This document shows positions 59,993 through 64,000 of a stretch of 64,000 nucleotides of DNA, one piece after another. Positions within the stretch are counted from its first letter, which is position 1; the number at the start of each line of letters is the position of its first letter. Origin of the DNA: Corallochytrium limacisporum Hawaii (lineage: Eukaryota > Protista > Pluriformea); the NCBI GenBank assembly GCA_002811645.1, contig PDIP01000004.1, forward strand, positions 152,929 through 216,928. Reading direction: 5' to 3'. The position numbers and the translations under genes were made by a program. The notes under the pieces were generated by a model. The model saw only the letters and a program-made list of their open reading frames with translations. It searched no databases and was not told the DNA's origin.

Positions 59993-60116
59993 GTACACTC
60001 AGAAAACTAGATGTTTTCCATTTTTATCTAAGCCCATCAGCCTCAAACTATTCAAAGGATTTGAATTCAGTCTTTCCTTAGCTTTTGAACACCGATCACC
60101 CGCAATCCAACCAAAC

Positions 60117-60530
60117 ATGAAGTCCTTCATTGCTATTGCCATCGGTACCGTCATTGGTATGACCACTGCTTCTCCCATCGCTCCTTCTGTAGCCGAAGCC
60201 TGCGTTCCTGCGGACGAAGTGTGCACAACCGGAGCTGATTGCTGTGATTTCGCCCCTTGCCTTATGAATATAGGCAGCTCGGGTTACTGCTGGAAGTTGG
60301 AAAACGGCCTTCGCCGCATGAACGCCGACTGCGAGAGGGATGGCCAGTGTTACACCGGTCTCTGCCTAAACAAACATTGCGCTCCAAACGACGCCCCCGG
60401 CGAGGAGGGCGACGAGTGCGTCTTTGATTATCAGTGCCAAGGAGGCTGGTGTAAGGCCAGCGAGGTAGAATATGTGTCTGCCACCTGCGCCGACCGCTCC
60501 AACCACCCTACCGACCCAACCAAATGGTAA
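60117..60530 (+). CDS. Secreted cysteine-rich protein 2 (137 aa, 14 Cys): knottin-like module plus two 4-Cys modules
   Basis: Signal peptide MKSFIAIAIGTVIGMTTA-SPIA; C-x6-C-x5-CC-x4-C-x9-C; two further C-x5-C-x4-C-xn-C modules; paralogue of 46034-46555. Confidence 0.88.
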   Translation: MKSFIAIAIGTVIGMTTASPIAPSVAEACVPADEVCTTGADCCDFAPCLMNIGSSGYCWKLENGLRRMNADCERDGQCYTGLCLNKHCAPNDAPGEEGDECVFDYQCQGGWCKASEVEYVSATCADRSNHPTDPTKW

Positions 60531-60775
60531 CACCACCGATCCTGCTATGGAGTGAGGGCGTGCTACGAACGATAACCGCGACACCGGAGCCGACCGCTGC
60601 GGACGCACTGGTCGATTACCCCAGTGACGATACCACATTGATTCTATAAATGAGTCTGAGTCTCTCAATTTTTACAAATCCCGTGTAAGAACCCAATTGT
60701 GTGCCCCGTATTTGAGTTTGTGTTACTGCCGTCACCCAAATACATCACACCCATAGTGGGAGTATATGGAGGAAT

Positions 60776-60819
60776 AAAATTGTCCATCCGAACGGGAGCA
60801 AAATTGTCCATCCGAACGG
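60776..60819. repeat. 20-bp direct repeat, period 24
   Basis: AAAATTGTCCATCCGAACGG at 60776 and 60800. Confidence 0.85.
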
Positions 60820-61984
60820 ATTGAACAGCATTCTGTGTGTTTCCCGTGACTGTTCGCAACGAAGGACAGGAGCCAAGGCTCCATAATTCACTAGTTGGGA
60901 AAGAATGTAGCCTACCAACGTGGCATGTGATACGTGAACTCAGTCATCCAGTTGCCGTTCTTGAAGACCTGCAAACGATCAACATGTAAAGCATCTACGT
61001 TATCGTTGAGCTAGCCGCTGATGATGAGGAGACATACAAACACGTTGGAAGGAAACTTAACCGGTTTTGAAAGTCAGGTTGCGTAGCCACCTCAGCGCCA
61101 CGGACCGCGACCGCTTGCTTTGGCTGCGACACGGAGTTTAAAATAAACAAATCAATATTCAATCAGTGTGCACCCTTGAGTTTCCTTCCAGTGCCCGTGA
61201 CCAGTCGAAGAGTATTCCGGCTCTCCACAGAGAAAATCCGACAAAATCGGAATACTCACGGGACCGGAGATTGCGGGAAACCTTTTCTCCCTGCATGTAT
61301 CGTTCTCTGAAAATTGCGCAAAAGAATTTTTTTTTTGGGTGAATCGAGAGGTTGGCGTAGATCTGTTGACGATATGGTCCTTCTTCTTCCCCCCCCCCCC
61401 AACCGTATCACGGCTTACAACACCCCTCCCGTATGAAGGGTAGGAGGACAGGGACAGGATGCGCTACAATTGCATTATTTCGTCTTTTCTGTGGTTGGGG
61501 TTCCGTTGCGTCGCTTTAGGAAGGGCTGTGGCCAGAAGAAAATCGAAGGAAAGGGGGGGGGAAGGGGTCAATAGGATTCAGTTGAAAAAAAGGCGTGTCT
61601 GTGCAATTTTAGTATAGATTGGCAACGTATAGGGATCTAGGGCGGTGGGGAAAACGGAGTATATTTCATGTAGGAGTAATTCAACGATAACAATTGCCAC
61701 ATGCTTTCCTACATATCAGAGATGCAGAGTTGAAGAGTACAAAAATAAGCACAAACACGGACAAGGGTAACAAAGGCAGCTTCAGCCTCGCCTCTATTGC
61801 GCAGAAGAACCAGTTTGACAAGGCATAAGGACCAAAGAAACCCATTTGCAAGGTATTTGATCGCCCCGATGCGTGATCCAGTGGTTCGCTGGTGCTGCCA
61901 TTCAAACGAACAGTGGTTGAGGATCGGGACCGGTTGCAGAGAGACTCACATTTTTCCACTAAGTGTCTTCATCAACGTAGCACA

Positions 61985-63400
61985 ATGATGTCTTCAGATG
62001 AAATTATGGATGTGGCCAAGGCTACGTTAACCCTTATCACAACGTCCATCGGTGCAGGTATCTTGTCCATTCCATATGGGTTCGCCATCTTTGGATGGTG
62101 GGCCTTCCCGTTGATTTTGTTCGTCAGCATTCTTATGCTTATTGGAGGACTTCTTTTGAATGAGAATCTTAAGGTGTCAAAGTCCTTTGCGTATGTTGAT
62201 TTGGCTGAGGAGCACCTCGGACCTGTGGGCAAATGGGTATTTCAATGTGCCTTCATCGTTGACACATATTTCGTGGCCATCATCTTCCTCATCCTGTGCG
62301 CATCCTCATTCCAGGCTGTCTTTGCGAATGTAAGCAACCTGGATTACCAGATCTGGGTTATCATTACTGTTGCAGCTATGTGGCCCGTTGGCATGCTCAC
62401 TGAAGTGAAGGACATGGCAGGCATGCTGCTCTTTGCTTCCATCTGTTCTTATAGTGTTGCTGTCATCATTCTGGCAGAGGCCGGCAGCGACAGAGGCGAG
62501 CCCATCGAATACGAGAATCCAGAGAATGTGGAGGTCTCTACCGGCATTCAAGGTATCGCCATCTTCTTGTTTGCTTACACTTTCAACATTTTGGTTCCCT
62601 CAACCCGTCGCAATATGAAATATCCGAAGAACATGCATTGGCCCATCATCTTGGTGTCCATCTGTCTTCTGACGGTCTACACATTGGTTGGTGCCCTTAA
62701 CCATGGTGTCTATGGCTGTGAGATCCCATCCAATATCTTGACCAAATGGGATCGCAACATTCCGTGGTATCTCGCGAACATTCTGGTTGGTGGTCATTTG
62801 CTGGTTGCAGGACCCCTTGTGCTACATCCGTTTGTAATTGTCATGGAGAGGTGGGTCCTGCGGATTGAAATCGACTACACGCAGAACACGGAGTCGCAGC
62901 AGCCCGTTCTTGAGAGCGAGATTACCGCAGAAAACGGCGAATCTGAGAGAATAGAAGACAAGTTTGAGGCCGAGACTGACAAGACACCCGTGAATGCCGC
63001 CCATGAAGATCGCATTTTCGGTACCAAGGAGACCGAGGGCAACTGGCTCTACCGTAACCGCTATGGATTGGGACGTATCATTTTGCGCACCTTTATCTGG
63101 GCGAGCATCCTACTCGTCGCTCTCCTCATTCCCTTCTTTAGTGATCTTGAAGAGGCTGTGGTTGGTCTTGCTCTGGTCTGCCAGTCCATTGCTGGGCCTA
63201 TCGTCATCTACTGGGCGATTCACCGTGAGGAATTGAGCCTGCAGGTGAAGGTGACCTTTGCCATCGTAGTACTTATCCTCAGTGTGTTTGCTGTGGCTGC
63301 TACGTACTATGCCGTCTACGATATTGTTGAGGCTGCCAGCAGTTTCAGAGTCTTCCACGTCCCCCCCAGTACGGATGACTACCTCTGTGGGGGTCCCTAG
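61985..63400 (+). CDS. Amino acid permease, AAAP/Aa_trans family (SLC32/36/38-like), 471 aa
   Basis: TLITTSIGAGILSIPYGFAIFGW, YVDLAEEHLGPVGK, GIAIFLFAY, MKYPKN, GCEIPSNIL, LVALLIPFFSDLEEAVVG; about 11 hydrophobic segments. First ATG at 61985. Confidence 0.92.
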   Translation: MMSSDEIMDVAKATLTLITTSIGAGILSIPYGFAIFGWWAFPLILFVSILMLIGGLLLNENLKVSKSFAYVDLAEEHLGPVGKWVFQCAFIVDTYFVAIIFLILCASSFQAVFANVSNLDYQIWVIITVAAMWPVGMLTEVKDMAGMLLFASICSYSVAVIILAEAGSDRGEPIEYENPENVEVSTGIQGIAIFLFAYTFNILVPSTRRNMKYPKNMHWPIILVSICLLTVYTLVGALNHGVYGCEIPSNILTKWDRNIPWYLANILVGGHLLVAGPLVLHPFVIVMERWVLRIEIDYTQNTESQQPVLESEITAENGESERIEDKFEAETDKTPVNAAHEDRIFGTKETEGNWLYRNRYGLGRIILRTFIWASILLVALLIPFFSDLEEAVVGLALVCQSIAGPIVIYWAIHREELSLQVKVTFAIVVLILSVFAVAATYYAVYDIVEAASSFRVFHVPPSTDDYLCGGP

Positions 63401-63985
63401 ATAGGGCCCTACTTCTTTCCTCCCTTAGTTTGCCTTGGCCCCCCTCCCCTTTGGACCTATTCTCAACCTTCTCCCCGCGCTTCCGCCTCGTCAAATTTTT
63501 GTTCTCATTCCGCGTAGTAGCACTATTTCGTGACGGCCACAGCGACTGGAGCCCCTCGTTTGTCGACAAAATCCGTCACCATTTCCTCCCAGGGCTGTAA
63601 GTAGACGTTGTAGAGGGACACCAGGGCCGTAAGAGGCAATGTCTAACCGGTAGGGCCGCCCAAATGCTAGATTAAAACAGATTAGTTCCTGTTACATGAT
63701 TTTATTCACAAAAGCATCTGAGACCCAACACAAATCTGGTGCAGATGGCCTCTTAGGTGTATCGTATCCAATTTCACATTTATGCGGCGGAAAATGTTTG
63801 ACGACTTCAGCCCCTCGGTTTGTTCGAGAGAAGTTTCTCTCCTTTTTTGCTTATTCTCTTCCTCTACGTCTTTCTTTGTTGTCCGTTTCATTTTTTTTCT
63901 ATAGTTAGTTTTGTTCTCTTTCAGTCTTTCTTGTTCGTTCTTTCCTCGTAAAGCGCCATGAGTTGCAGGTACCGTTCTTTGCCGA

Positions 63986-64000
63986 GGTTAGGGTTAGGGT
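63986..64000 (+). repeat. TTAGGG telomere-type repeats running off the window end
   Basis: Last bases are GGTTAGGGTTAGGGT: two full hexamers plus partial flanks. The extent is unknown. Confidence 0.4.

Noticed and set aside
33935-61663. TATACTCCGT (33935) and its reverse complement ACGGAGTATA (~61654) as TIRs of one giant element
   Set aside because: Only 10 bp match, 27 kb apart, and the similarity does not extend inwards.
1-64000. tRNA, rRNA or other structured RNA genes
   Set aside because: No cloverleaf with A/B boxes and no rRNA-like conserved segments were recognised by eye; a covariance-model scan is needed to exclude them.

Overview
Eukaryotic draft-assembly window with many N gaps, mostly next to G/C homopolymers or microsatellites. 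The host genes are long and uninterrupted, with no introns needed to read them. Left part: three minus-strand SLC34/NaPi-II Na+/phosphate cotransporter paralogues about 8 kb apart (the first runs off the window start), then about 17 kb with no convincing ORF. Right part: two intact-looking plant/oomycete-type mariner (DDxD) transposases with unusually long catalytic spacing (DD46D, DD43D); a 1588-aa receptor guanylyl cyclase; two paralogous secreted knottin/Cys-module proteins; a single-pass membrane protein; a small secreted Ig-like protein; a divergent sugar porter; an amino-acid permease; and TTAGGG repeats at the last bases. Best candidate for a new system: the cyclase has an animal-type intracellular module (pseudokinase, hinge, cyclase), but its ectodomain reads by eye as a diverged PstS-like (type 2, phosphate-binding-protein fold) domain instead of the type 1 ANF-receptor domain of animal receptor GCs. 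It lies about 20 kb from the phosphate-transporter array, suggesting a possible extracellular anion/phosphate sensing-and-uptake module. A GGTAT(T/A)T element sits about 105-190 nt upstream of the ATG in 8 host genes. All family calls come from motif recognition by eye; no searches were run.
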